In this document: positions 1-10,986 of the stretch, one piece after another
Numbering within the stretch: the first letter of the stretch is position 1
How the letters are laid out: each line of letters opens with the position of its first letter
Assembly: GCA_032718475.1 (NCBI GenBank)
Contig: JAUCBJ010007445.1
Coordinates: 1 to 46,130, forward strand
Origin: Nemertoderma westbladi
Taxonomy: Eukaryota; Animalia; Xenacoelomorpha
Length of the DNA: 46,130 nucleotides
Reading direction: 5' to 3'
Position numbers and translations under genes: made by a program
The notes under the pieces: generated by a model
The model's input: only the letters and a program-made list of their open reading frames with translations
Databases searched by the model: none
Told to the model about the DNA's origin: nothing

Positions 1-106
1 AATACTCTTTCAGTTTTGTATCTTTTTATTAAAAGATGTGATTAAGTATTACATTTAGGTCCTTTTTATCTGAGTTTTTGATATGAAAATTGAAATTTTT
101 TTTTTT

Positions 107-397
107 TTAGCTTATGTAAAATACTTGTTTTTTATAAATGTAGCAGATTGCCATTCTAACATACCTACTTGAGTATAACACCTCTCTTACCTCCGGGACT
201 GTAGCATTCCTGCACCAGCAGTTCATACATGCATAGCAACCGCGGTAGTTGACTACAAGACGTCTTCTGTAGGCCCCCTCGTATTCTTTCACGCTATTCC
301 TCGCTTTCTTCCTGGTGAAGTCGCCGGCGCTGAATCCATCGTAACAAGCTGGATGTATAGCCCAGTAGTTGCCTTTCCCGTTGTCAGTGCGACCAAC
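107..397 (-). CDS. foxQ2: FoxQ2-like forkhead transcription factor, exon 2 (wing region plus C-terminal tail)
   Basis: Acceptor CAG at 400-398 is followed by VGRTDNGKGNYWAIHPACYDGFSAGDFTRKKARNSVK, matching the FoxQ2-type GRS.NGKG.YWAIHP....F..GDF.RR.A C-terminus. Stop TAA is at 109-107 and AATAAA lies on the minus strand at 30-25. Confidence 0.85.
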   Translation of the reverse strand, partial: VGRTDNGKGNYWAIHPACYDGFSAGDFTRKKARNSVKEYEGAYRRRLVVNYRGCYACMNCWCRNATVPEVREVLYSSRYVRMAICYIYKKQVFYIS

Positions 398-789
398 CTG
401 CGGCATAACAATCAAAATTAATAACGGAAAAGGGCAACTTGAATCAGTTATGGGTGGGGAACTTAATGTAATACATAGCCAACCGTCACCAGTAGAAAAT
501 CGTCACCAGTAGAAAATCGACGCATTTAAAAGGTGGTTGCAAACGAAAATGAAACTGCAATGAGTGTACAGTAACATATGCTGTTAACACTCGTTTAGTG
601 TTTTGGTTAGAAAAACGTACTACACTATAACCTGCTCATTTCTGTTATTTGATAATTGGCAGAGAAGAGATATTAATTCGCCAAATTAATTCATCAATAC
701 CCCCCTCTCCCCTTTCTAGAGTTATGATATACTGGTATTACTGATGTCGATTGTGTAGGAAACATTCTAAATTGGGCATGTTTGCAATG

Positions 790-1310
790 CGCCATAATGT
801 ACATTACGGAGCTTCGAATACGTCAGAGGGAAGGCATGGGAAATATTGAATGGGCTTTACAGGATTTGGAAGTCACACAGAATACGTTGGAAAGTTAAGG
901 TCCGATTATTTAGAGCAGCAGTAGAACCAGTCATGTGGTACATGCTGGGCTCTAACTGCTGAGGACACCAAATCTCTGGATGGCACATTCACAAGAATGC
1001 TACGCCGGGTTCATTGTGTCAAGTACAATGCACACATCTCCAACCAGACACTATATAATATTGGAGGTGTTTTATTGGTTCACATTGAACAAAGCCGCTT
1101 CCGCTTTAAAGGACATTGCTTTCGCTGTGGGGACCAGCCTGTATAGAAAATAAGCATGGTGGACAGCCCATGACTTTCACGAGACGCCTTCTAAAGAACA
1201 CTGGCCTTGTAGATGCGGATAACCTCGCGAAAGTAATGGGGGATAGCGAATTGTGGCGTCGCAATTTTGTCGACAAGCCGGCGCATAGCATTCTTAACGA
1301 ACGCTGAATT
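790..1310 (+). pseudogene. Decayed non-LTR retrotransposon (RTE-like) 3' fragment inside the foxQ2 intron
   Basis: Frameshifted peptides resemble the RTE ORF C-terminus: R..GKAW..LNGLYRIWKS, FRAAVEPV, WALTAEDTKSLDGTFTRMLRRV, HISNQTLY, RFRFKGHCFR. Confidence 0.65.
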
Positions 1311-1532
1311 GGAGCATGCCATGTGTAGATTCCATTGTAGTAGCAAAAATATATTTGTTAAGCCAGCATAGCATCGCACAATATGCAGCTGGGCAATGCA
1401 GCTGGCCGATTAGTAGAAGCAGCGGTCGCTGTGATACTTATTGTTTATATTAATTGCGTCACCATTTTTAAACTTGTAGTAACTAAGGTGTAGGCCTACA
1501 TTTATACTACATCCGTAGTAGCTAAGGGTTAC

Positions 1533-1736
1533 CTTTATAAAACATTCGTTAAGACTGAGGTTGTGTCGAACTGCATTCCTCCATGACTTTTCCTTTGTGT
1601 CCCTGAAATAACGCCATTTATCCTGAATGTATTCGTAAATGTCCCCTAACAACAATCTCTTGTGCCCCGAATCCAAAATAGCACCGCCAATCATTGTAAT
1701 ATAAGACAGTTGGGGCTTTTCAAATTTACTTGACAT
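1533..1736 (-). CDS. foxQ2: FoxQ2-like forkhead transcription factor, exon 1; spliced CDS join(1533..1736,107..397), 164 aa
   Basis: MSSKFEKPQLSYITMIGGAILDSGHKRLLLGDIYEYIQDKWRYFR...WRNAVRHNLSLNECFIK is a forkhead domain. The donor GT at 1532-1531 follows FIK directly, giving a phase-0 intron 398..1532 that joins in frame to exon 2. Confidence 0.88.
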
Positions 1737-1885
1737 GTTTACTTTCAAACGCTTTTTAAAAAATAGTAAAAAAGTCTTTTTAACCACAAAATACAATTGA
1801 TGTTTTGTGCAATTTTTGTAATGATAATTCAGAGTTTCCGTGCGGCAGTCAAACAGGTTTTGTTAACAAAAAACTCAAAAAGGCG

Positions 1886-1894
1886 TTTTATATA
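1886..1894 (-). promoter_or_regulatory. Putative TATA box of foxQ2
   Basis: TATATAAAA on the minus strand, about 150 bp upstream of the ATG at 1736. Confidence 0.45.
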
Positions 1895-2323
1895 AGTGGG
1901 TATATGGATGTACATTAACCACCCATAGAGTAGCAAGTAGCTGTAGGTTGTGGGAACTTATAGAATAGGCCCTCGTGTGAGTAGAAGGGCCCTAATATAG
2001 GGTTATTATAGGTGTTTGTATCTGAGCAGGGGGGCGTGTCTACCTTGAATGATTGGCGGATTATTTGGGTTAGAAATCGGATGCAATCGTTATTACAAAT
2101 CTGTTTGTTTTCCCACGGTTGATTATTTTGCATTTACATTTGTTACGGTATATCGGCGCATCTTGTATAAAAGTTGTATTTGGGGGGCATTATTTGGCAT
2201 AGCGTTTTGACATTCAGAAGTTGACACCTTTGATAAGATACCGTACTACATACTGTACAACTCCATTGCTACACATCACACCAATGTTATACAATATATT
2301 CTAAACAACAAATTTTGGGAACG

Positions 2324-2490
2324 ATAATGTTAGATATATTTTCAGTGTTAGTGCGGATGGTATTGTATAGTTTGGTGTTTTGGTTGCATTGCATTCACAT
2401 ATCTCGGAGGTCGTGGGTTCGATCCCCGCACTGGAAATAAGACGCCAGACTTTGTGCCTAGTCTGTCGGCCGAAAAAACTTTATATATAT
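2324..2490 (+). repeat. tRNA-derived SINE-like repeat, copy 1
   Basis: B box GGTTCGATCC at 2416-2425, degenerate A box and A-rich end. Homologous to 8156-8347. Confidence 0.5.
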
Positions 2491-2529
2491 ATTTTTTAAA
2501 TATATACACACCATTAAGGGGGTAAATGA

Positions 2530-3600
2530 GTGTTTAATCGTTACAAATACAATATAAATTAAAACAACATAGTTGAAAATATCACGTTAAAATAGACTTT
2601 AAAATTTCACAGAATTCAATAAAGATTTTAAGAGGGACGGTTGGGGCAGTCTAGCACGTGGTACAGGCTGAGCCGCCGCAAAAGCTGCATAAACACTGAT
2701 CCGATCGATCGTGGAATGGTTCAGAGTTTGTCCATAATTTGAAGCGTCAATCAACCATGGGCCGTAGTTCTAGTTATGATATGGCGATTCTGTTGGAGAG
2801 CTCCTTTCCAAGTAAGAGGGATTTATAAACGCCGGTCCATTTAAGTAGCCCTGGTTTATAAAATTATCATAACGGTCTCGTCTGTAGTCTTCAATTATTT
2901 CGAGTTTGAAAACGTTCAGTGTTTTATCAATAATGTCCTCACAGAATGTTTTTTCATTTACAACTCTGAGAGCCACCCTAGTTTTTGACAGTCCTAGCAG
3001 GCAACAGATCTTGCCTTAATTATGTCAAGTTCTTTTAAGTGGTTTACAGTTAGAAATTTTCCTATGAACGCGTATGTCACAAGGGGGTAGAATTTCATAT
3101 GGAAGATATCCCGTATCAACTGATAAAAGATCTAGATTCGAAAGCCATCCCATTGCAGCAAACGCTTTTCGCTTTTTCCGCATTAATATGTTTGGTGAAG
3201 ATAATTGTGGGTCGGAGAGTCACTCCTAAATATTATTAATATTCATTACAGATCTCAATGGTATTCCCATCATAATAAAATTTATTGGCGAGCCGGCCAC
3301 CTTTCCCGAACTTTATAATTTTTGTTTTGTTCAGATTTAGCTCCATACCGTTTTGATTACACCAGTGATGTACCGTACATGTACATATAATGCAATACAT
3401 AAATAAAACATAACAATAATATAAACATAACAATAATAATAAAACAATAATAATAAAACAATAATACATAAATGTACAGATGACCGTTCTGTATGTCGCG
3501 AGGATCCCAGGAATAAAATACCAGGTCATTGATGGCTGATGAAATTTATCGGAGGACAATCGAAAGATCAGATATAAATATATCATTACAGGTAGGAGAG
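2530..3600 (-). pseudogene. Decayed LINE ORF2, 3' part (RT C-terminal half to Cys/His tail)
   Basis: FSPTCNDIFISDLSIVL..INDLVFYS (RT motifs B/C, degraded), WCNQNGMELNLNKTKIIKFGKGGRL...IEICNEY*YLGVTL, and C-terminal CLCSFCGG/YHVLDCP. Contains stops, frameshifts and an AT-rich insert at ~3378-3478. Confidence 0.75.
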
Positions 3601-6600
3601 AAGGAGTCCCCCAGAAGTATACCAATAAGGAGTCCCCCAGAAGTATACCAATAAGGAGTCCCCCAGAAGTATACCAATAAGGAGTCCCCCAGAAGTATAC
3701 CAATAAGGAGTCCCCCAGAAGTATACCAATAAGGAGTCCCCCAGAAGTATACCAATAAGGAGTCCCCCAGAAGTATACCAATAAGGAGTCCCCCAGAAGT
3801 ATACCAATAAGGAGTCCCCCAGAAGTATACCAATAAGGAGTCCCCCAGAAGTATACCAATAAGGAGTCCCCCAGAAGTATACCAATAAGGAGTCCCCCAG
3901 AAGTATACCAATAAGGAGTCCCCCAGAAGTATACCAATAAGGAGTCCCCCAGAAGTATACCAATAAGGAGTCCCCCAGAAGTATACCAATAAGGAGTCCC
4001 CCAGAAGTATACCAATAAGGAGTCCCCCAGAAGTATACCAATAAGGAGTCCCCCAGAAGTATACCAATAAGGAGTCCCCCAGAAGTATACCAATAAGGAG
4101 TCCCCCAGAAGTATACCAATAAGGAGTCCCCCAGAAGTATACCAAGAAGGAGTCCCCCAGAAGTATACCAATAAGGAGTCCCCCAGAAGTATACCAATAA
4201 GGAGTCCCCCAGAAGTATACCAAGAAGGAGTCCCCCAGAAGTATACCAATAAGGAGTCCCCCAGAAGTATACCAATAAGGAGTCCCCCAGAAGTATACCA
4301 ATAAGGAGTCCCCCAGAAGTATACCAATAAGGAGTCCCCCAGAAGTATACCAATAAGGAGTCCCCCAGAAGTATACCAATAAGGAGTCCCCCAGAAGTAT
4401 ACCAATAAGGAGTCCCCCAGAAGTATACCAATAAGGAGTCCCCCAGAAGTATACCAATAAGGAGTCCCCCAGAAGTATACCAATAAGGAGTCCCCCAGAA
4501 GTATACCAAGAAGGAGTCCCCCAGAAGTATACCAATAAGGAGTCCCCCAGAAGTATACCAATAAGGAGTCCCCCAGAAGTATACCAATAAGGAGTCCCCC
4601 AGAAGTATACCAATAAGGAGTCCCCCAGAAGTATACCAATAAGGAGTCCCCCAGAAGTATACCAATAAGGAGTCCCCCAGAAGTATACCAATAAGGAGTC
4701 CCCCAGAAGTATACCAATAAGGAGTCCCCCAGAAGTATACCAATAAGGAGTCCCCCAGAAGTATACCAATAAGGAGTCCCCCAGAAGTATACCAAGAAGG
4801 AGTCCCCCAGAAGTATACCAATAAGGAGTCCCCCAGAAGTATACCAATAAGGAGTCCCCCAGAAGTATACCAAGAAGGAGTCCCCCAGAAGTATACCAAT
4901 AAGGAGTCCCCCAGAAGTATACCAATAAGGAGTCCCCCAGAAGTATACCAATAAGGAGTCCCCCAGAAGTATACCAATAAGGAGTCCCCCAGAAGTATAC
5001 CAATAAGGAGTCCCCCAGAAGTATACCAATAAGGAGTCCCCCAGAAGTATACCAATAAGGAGTCCCCCAGAAGTATACCAATAAGGAGTCCCCCAGAAGT
5101 ATACCAATAAGGAGTCCCCCAGAAGTATACCAATAAGGAGTCCCCCAGAAGTATACCAATAAGGAGTCCCCCAGAAGTATACCAATAAGGAGTCCCCCAG
5201 AAGTATACCAATAAGGAGTCCCCCAGAAGTATACCAATAAGGAGTCCCCCAGAAGTATACCAATAAGGAGTCCCCCAGAAGTATACCAATAAGGAGTCCC
5301 CCAGAAGTATACCAATAAGGAGTCCCCCAGAAGTATACCAATAAGGAGTCCCCCAGAAGTATACCAATAAGGAGTCCCCCAGAAGTATACCAATAAGGAG
5401 TCCCCCAGAAGTATACCAATAAGGAGTCCCCCAGAAGTATACCAAGAAGGAGTCCCCCAGAAGTATACCAATAAGGAGTCCCCCAGAAGTATACCAATAA
5501 GGAGTCCCCCAGAAGTATACCAAGAAGGAGTCCCCCAGAAGTATACCAATAAGGAGTCCCCCAGAAGTATACCAATAAGGAGTCCCCCAGAAGTATACCA
5601 AGAAGGAGTCCCCCAGAAGTATACCAATAAGGAGTCCCCCAGAAGTATACCAATAAGGAGTCCCCCAGAAGTATACCAATAAGGAGTCCCCCAGAAGTAT
5701 ACCAATAAGGAGTCCCCCAGAAGTATACCAATAAGGAGTCCCCCAGAAGTATACCAATAAGGAGTCCCCCAGAAGTATACCAATAAGGAGTCCCCCAGAA
5801 GTATACCAATAAGGAGTCCCCCAGAAGTATACCAATAAGGAGTCCCCCAGAAGTATACCAATAAGGAGTCCCCCAGAAGTATACCAATAAGGAGTCCCCC
5901 AGAAGTATACCAATAAGGAGTCCCCCAGAAGTATACCAATAAGGAGTCCCCCAGAAGTATACCAATAAGGAGTCCCCCAGAAGTATACCAAGAAGGAGTC
6001 CCCCAGAAGTATACCAATAAGGAGTCCCCCAGAAGTATACCAATAAGGAGTCCCCCAGAAGTATACCAATAAGGAGTCCCCCAGAAGTATACCAATAAGG
6101 AGTCCCCCAGAAGTATACCAATAAGGAGTCCCCCAGAAGTATACCAATAAGGAGTCCCCCAGAAGTATACCAATAAGGAGTCCCCCAGAAGTATACCAAT
6201 AAGGAGTCCCCCAGAAGTATACCAATAAGGAGTCCCCCAGAAGTATACCAATAAGGAGTCCCCCAGAAGTATACCAAGAAGGAGTCCCCCAGAAGTATAC
6301 CAATAAGGAGTCCCTCAGAAGTATACCAATAAGGAGTCCCCCAGAAGTATACCAATAAGGAGTCCCCCAGAAGTATACCAATAAGGAGTCCCCCCGAAGT
6401 ATACCAATAAGGAGTCCCCCAGAAGTATACCAATAAGGAGTCCCCCAGAAGTATACCAAGAAGGAGTCCCCCAGAAGTATACCAATAAGGAGTCCCCCAG
6501 AAGTATACCAATAAGGAGTCCCCCAGAAGTATACCAAGGATGAGTCCCCCAGAAGTATACCAATAAGGAGTCCCCCAGAAGTATACCAATAAGGAGTCCC

Positions 6601-8028
6601 CCAGAAGTATACCAATAAGGAGTCCCCCAGAAGTATACCAAGAAGGAGTCCCCCAGAAGTATACCAATAAGGAGTCCCCCAGAAGTATACCAATAAGGAG
6701 TCCCCCAGAAGTATACCAATAAGGAGTCCCCCAGAAGTATACCAATAAGGAGTCCCCCCGAAGTATACCAATAAGGAGTCCCCCAGAAGTATACCAATAA
6801 GGAGTCCCCCAGAAGTATACCAATAAGGAGTCCCCCCGAAGTATACCAATAAGGAGTCCCCCCGAAGTATACCAATAAGGAGTCCCCCAGAACGCCAGAA
6901 GTATACCAAGAAGGAGTCCCCCAGAAGTATACCAATAAGGAGTCCCCCAGAAGTATACCAATAAGGAGTCCCCCAGAAGTATACCAATAAGGAGTCCCCC
7001 AGAAGTATACCAATAAGGAGTCCCCCAGAAGTATACCAATAAGGAGTCCCCCAGAAGTATACCAATAAGGAGTCCCCCAGAAGTATACCAATAAGGAGTC
7101 CCCCCGAAGTATACCAATAAGGAGTCCCCCAGAAGTATACCAATAAGGAGTCCCCCAGAAGTATACCAATAAGGAGTCCCCCCGAAGTATACCAATAAGG
7201 AGTCCCCCAGAACGCCAGAAGTATACCAAGAAGGAGTCCCCCAGAAGTATACCAATAAGGAGTCCCCCAGAAGTATACCAAGAAGGAGTCCCCCAGAAGT
7301 ATACCAATAAGGAGTCCCCCAGAAGTATACCAATAAGGAGTCCCCCAGAAGTATACCAATAAGGAGTCCCCCAGAAGTATACCAATAAGGAGTCCCCCCG
7401 AAGTATACCAATAAGGAGTCCCCCAGAAGTATACCAATAAGGAGTCCCCCAGAAGTATACCAATAAGGAGTCCCCCCGAAGTATACCAATAAGGAGTCCC
7501 CCAGAACGCCAGAAGTATACCAAGAAGGAGTCCCCCAGAAGTATACCAATAAGGAGTCCCCCAGAAGTATACCAATAAGGAGTCCCCCCGAAGTATACCA
7601 ATAAGGAGTCCCCCAGAAGTATACCAATAAGGAGTCCCCCAGAAGTATACCAATAAGGAGTCCCCCCCGAAGTATACCAATAAGGAGTCCCCCAGAAGTA
7701 TACCAATAAGGAGTCCCCCAGAAGTATACCAATAAGGAGCCCCCCGAAGTATACCAATAAGGAGTCCCCCAGAACGCCAGAAGTATACCAAGAAGGAGTC
7801 CCCCAGAAGTATACCAATAACGAGTCCCCCAGAAGTATACCAATAAGGAGTCCCCCCGAAGTATACCAATAAGGAGTCCCCCAGAAGTATACCAATAAGG
7901 AGTCCCCCGAAGTATACCAATAAGGAGTCCCCCAGAAGTATACCAAGAAGGAGTCCCCCCGAAGTATACCAATAAGGAGTCCCCCAGAAGTATACCAAGA
8001 AGGAGTCCCCCAGAAGTATACCAATAAG
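3601..8028. repeat. Tandem array of a 26-bp unit AAGGAGTCCCCCAGAAGTATACCAAT, ~170 copies
   Basis: The 26-nt period is visible directly, and the 26-aa repeat in all three minus frames equals 3 x 26 nt. Variant units concentrate after ~6300. Confidence 0.99.
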
Positions 8029-8140
8029 TTGGTTGATCACGTTAGAATACCGTATCCCATCATGAATTTTAATGTTGTTAATGTGGAGTGATTTTATAAA
8101 CCCATTGAATTTTCCTTTTAGTCCTTCTTATTCATTTTTA
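8029..8140 (-). pseudogene. Decayed LINE ORF2, segment upstream of RT motif B (same element as 2530-3600)
   Basis: Translates GLKGKFNGFIKSLHINNIKIHDGIRYSNVINQL-IGILLGDS, like the G..GK....IKSLY......V.....S..I....GV.QGD segment of LINE RTs. Confidence 0.65.
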
Positions 8141-8155
8141 GGTTTGTCAGATGTC

Positions 8156-8347
8156 ATAATGTCAGATATATTTTCAGGGTTAGTGCGGATGGTATAGTTT
8201 ATATAAGTTCCACCTTGGTGTAGTGGTTGCATTGAATTCACATCTCTCCTGGAGGTGCTGGGTTCAACCCCCGCACTGGAAATAAGACCTCAGACTTTGT
8301 GCGTAATCCCTGGCCTGTCGGCCAAAAAAAAATACTTTTTATATATA
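8156..8347 (+). repeat. tRNA-derived SINE-like repeat, copy 2
   Basis: A box TGGTGTAGTGG (8216-8226), B box GGTTCAACCC (8261-8270), shared tail CCGCACTGGAAATAAGAC..CAGACTTTGTGC, and an A-run. Confidence 0.5.
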
Positions 8348-9417
8348 GTAGGATTTGATTTAGTTAAACGAAAAATAATCAATGTCTTAAATAACCCTCC
8401 TTTATGGCTTCGACAAAATAAACACTACTTAATAATTCATTTATTTTTTCTATTATCCAAGGTTCTGGAAAGTCGTCATAACTATTTACATCATTGTGTG
8501 CAAAGTAGCACTTTACCGCGTTATGACCCGAGTTTATTTATTTACGAACCTGCAACGAACGATAATTCTTGCAATATTTGAACTCCTATATCTCAGCTGT
8601 TTCTCAACGAAATTCAGATATTGTTACATATTTGGAATCCTTGCAACGCAAGCTTTTTAATGATATGAGAAAATTACGACTACTGTGAAGAATGGCCACG
8701 ATGCGGAGGGTGCGATTTCGCAAAAGACACTTTTTTAAAACGCTTATAAAAAATATTTAAAGGCAAAATCGAAAATTCCGGCTGCATGGGGTCATCGACG
8801 GTGAGTTGAACTAGTGGAGTTTCAAATTTCAAGCAATATGATAAAGATTTGTAGAAAAAAATCTGGGGGGGGGGGGGGGTCCGTGTCATCAGAACATGAC
8901 ACTATATTACGGGTCATGGTGTATATGGAATACAATCTCTTAGCTGCCCTTTCTCTCAGTATTCATTGCTTAAATTGCTACACACATTGTTTCACAAGGC
9001 CTAAATACTGTAGCATTTTCCATGGCAGATTTCTACTATTAAATGAATTAAGTACTTGTATTATATTATTATTTAGGCTATTATCTATTTACAGAATATA
9101 ATTTGTGGATTTAGAGGCGAGAAAACTTCAGAAAGCTTCTATAGTTTAAATTAATTTTATAATTACAGAATATTATTTGTTGACACAAAAATAAGGGAAT
9201 AACACCAATACGATGTGAGTAAAATATAAAATTTACTTGTCGTTGTTAGTATAATACTAAGTTTACTAAACTATCTTTCCAATATCCCATTATATCATCT
9301 ACATCATTGTCGGTAAACCTGAACGCAGTTAAGAGAAGCCTAAAGCAGATAGAAATGCAGAAATGAGTTAACAATCAGATCTGCGATAAATCGGAAGTCT
9401 AATATAACCCGGGGATA

Positions 9418-9662
9418 TCACACTAGAGGCGCCAATTTTTCACGGTTCTCGTGGGCCTCGCGTTACAAGAGTGGCGGCCCAAACCCTAATTAAAGCAGTA
9501 ATTATGGTTAGGGTTTGTGCCGGACCAACAATCCCTAACCTAAAAAACAAACCAATATACCAGTCAGTACCTAAAACATACCCCAAAAATTATGTAACCC
9601 AAGTCAGCCAAGTAAAATAACGATGTATGTTTTCCATATAAAAAGTGGCGCATGTAGTGTGA
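9418..9662. mobile_element. MITE-like element with imperfect terminal inverted repeats
   Basis: TCACACTAGAGGCGCCAATTTT pairs with AAAAGTGGCGCATGTAGTGTGA. An internal inverted pair GGCCCAAACCCTAA / TTAGGGTTTGTGCC is also present. Confidence 0.55.
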
Positions 9663-9701
9663 CAGAGTTAATAACCCACTAAACTATTAAGCCTACGTCA
9701 G

Positions 9702-10184
9702 TCAGTCTGTCTGTCTTTCTGTAGGCTTGTTTATTGTATCAGGCAGGTCTGGCATAACAACTCTACTCTCCTGCCTTTCATTTACAACATATTTCTTTAG
9801 AAGTTCTAGAACACAATTATCCTTAAATCGTTCCGGAATGTCCGCGGCACCAACCATCCAATGGTAAAGGTCCCATTCGTCGCTCGGACTGTTTATGATG
9901 TCATCGTAAGCTTCTAATTGCTGTTCGTTAAATTCGCCGAGGTAAATATTGGCGAAGTTACTCAGTATTAAATCGTTCTCTAGAGTTCCTCGCTTGCGGC
10001 TCTGGAACAGAAGACGACGTCTGCGGTTTTCCACAGTTTCATTTACTCGTTTGATCGTGTCTCGTAGAATCAGATTTCTACTAGTATCCTTTAGAATTAC
10101 CGAATCGTCGTAATTGCTGAGGTTGCGGGCTGTCAAACACTTCCGATAGTTGGATCGTAGGAAACATAACTTGATTAACGACAT
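9702..10184 (-). CDS. SDHAF2: Succinate dehydrogenase assembly factor 2 (Sdh5/SdhE flavinator family), intronless
   Basis: RRRRLLFQSRKRGTLENDLILSNFA with the RGxxE motif, and YDDIINSPSDEWDLYHW. The basic N-terminus is compatible with a mitochondrial presequence. Confidence 0.93.
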   Translation of the reverse strand: MSLIKLCFLRSNYRKCLTARNLSNYDDSVILKDTSRNLILRDTIKRVNETVENRRRRLLFQSRKRGTLENDLILSNFANIYLGEFNEQQLEAYDDIINSPSDEWDLYHWMVGAADIPERFKDNCVLELLKKYVVNERQESRVVMPDLPDTINKPTERQTD

Positions 10185-10644
10185 CCCCGGGTGATGTCTA
10201 TGGAGCTCCTATACAAAATTCATTACTGCATTACCGGTACAGCATTAGTTTCGAGCGATATGCGGTCATGACTTAGAGTTAGTGTTGCATAACATGTTAA
10301 TTATCGTTTGGTACCGGTAATGACAAACTAAAGCTAACGAACTATCGGACAAGGGAATTAAAGTTACCTTTCTGCCTTTTGTCTAGCAGCACAAGAAGGC
10401 AGTAAGGCCTAACTGCCTAAGGAACTACCGGTAATAAATATGATAACGTAAAAGTGTAATATTGTTTTTAAATTTCCCGCCTATCGTACACTAAATGCTC
10501 ATGCCTAAGGCATCATACTTACTATCGTTGTATTTCTGTAATTTTTAGGTCCGCGTAACGATAGACCTCGCTACTGTAGTATTCACTCCGTTGTTGTTGT
10601 TGGTGGTGTTAATTTCCGGTTAGGTTTTATAAGGCTTCCTACAC

Positions 10645-10690
10645 GGCGCCGTGGCAAAGTTGGTAGAGCGTGGGACTTGGATCCTCTCAG
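10645..10690 (+). other. 5' half of a tRNA-like sequence (truncated SINE head or tRNA pseudogene)
   Basis: GGCGCCGTGGCAAAGTTGGTAGAGCGTGGGACTTGGATCC resembles an acceptor strand, A box/D arm and anticodon arm. No T arm or B box follows. Confidence 0.35.
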
Positions 10691-10986
10691 TGCAATGTCA
10701 ACTACATAATGAATCCTTAAAAGTTGACTTGAGATTAGTAATTTCAATTTTTAATAATGTAATTAAAAACCAAAGGTAAGAATAAAATATGAGTCAAGTT
10801 TAGCGTTTTGTTAGATAGTATGCTCTTACAGCATAGCATGTCTGGAGTGAGGACTCCACTGACATACTTTATTTCAGTTCAGAAGGGGGAGTGTTCCGTA
10901 ATTTTGGTTCAAGAAAGGAGAACGCATCACATCCAGTTGCAGTGCTTCAAGAAGGGACCTTTGCTCTTCTCTCGTTTCCACTTATG

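Noticed and set aside
1410-1532. Unspliced C-terminus of the forkhead ORF (VTLSYYGC...)
   Set aside because: Homology stops at the GT donor and resumes at 397, so this is intron read-through.
2370-2435. Functional tRNA genes (also 8210-8280 and 10645-10690)
   Set aside because: A/B boxes are present in part, but I could not form a complete cloverleaf.
3601-8028. CRISPR array
   Set aside because: The repeats are head-to-tail with no unique spacers, there are no cas genes and the context is eukaryotic.
3236-8040. Four very long minus-strand ORFs (569-1578 aa) as real membrane proteins
   Set aside because: They are an artefact of a 26-bp unit that lacks stops in all three minus frames; the same peptide appears in every frame.
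9480-9545. Interstitial telomere
   Set aside because: Only isolated CCCTAA/TTAGGG words in both orientations, within a MITE.
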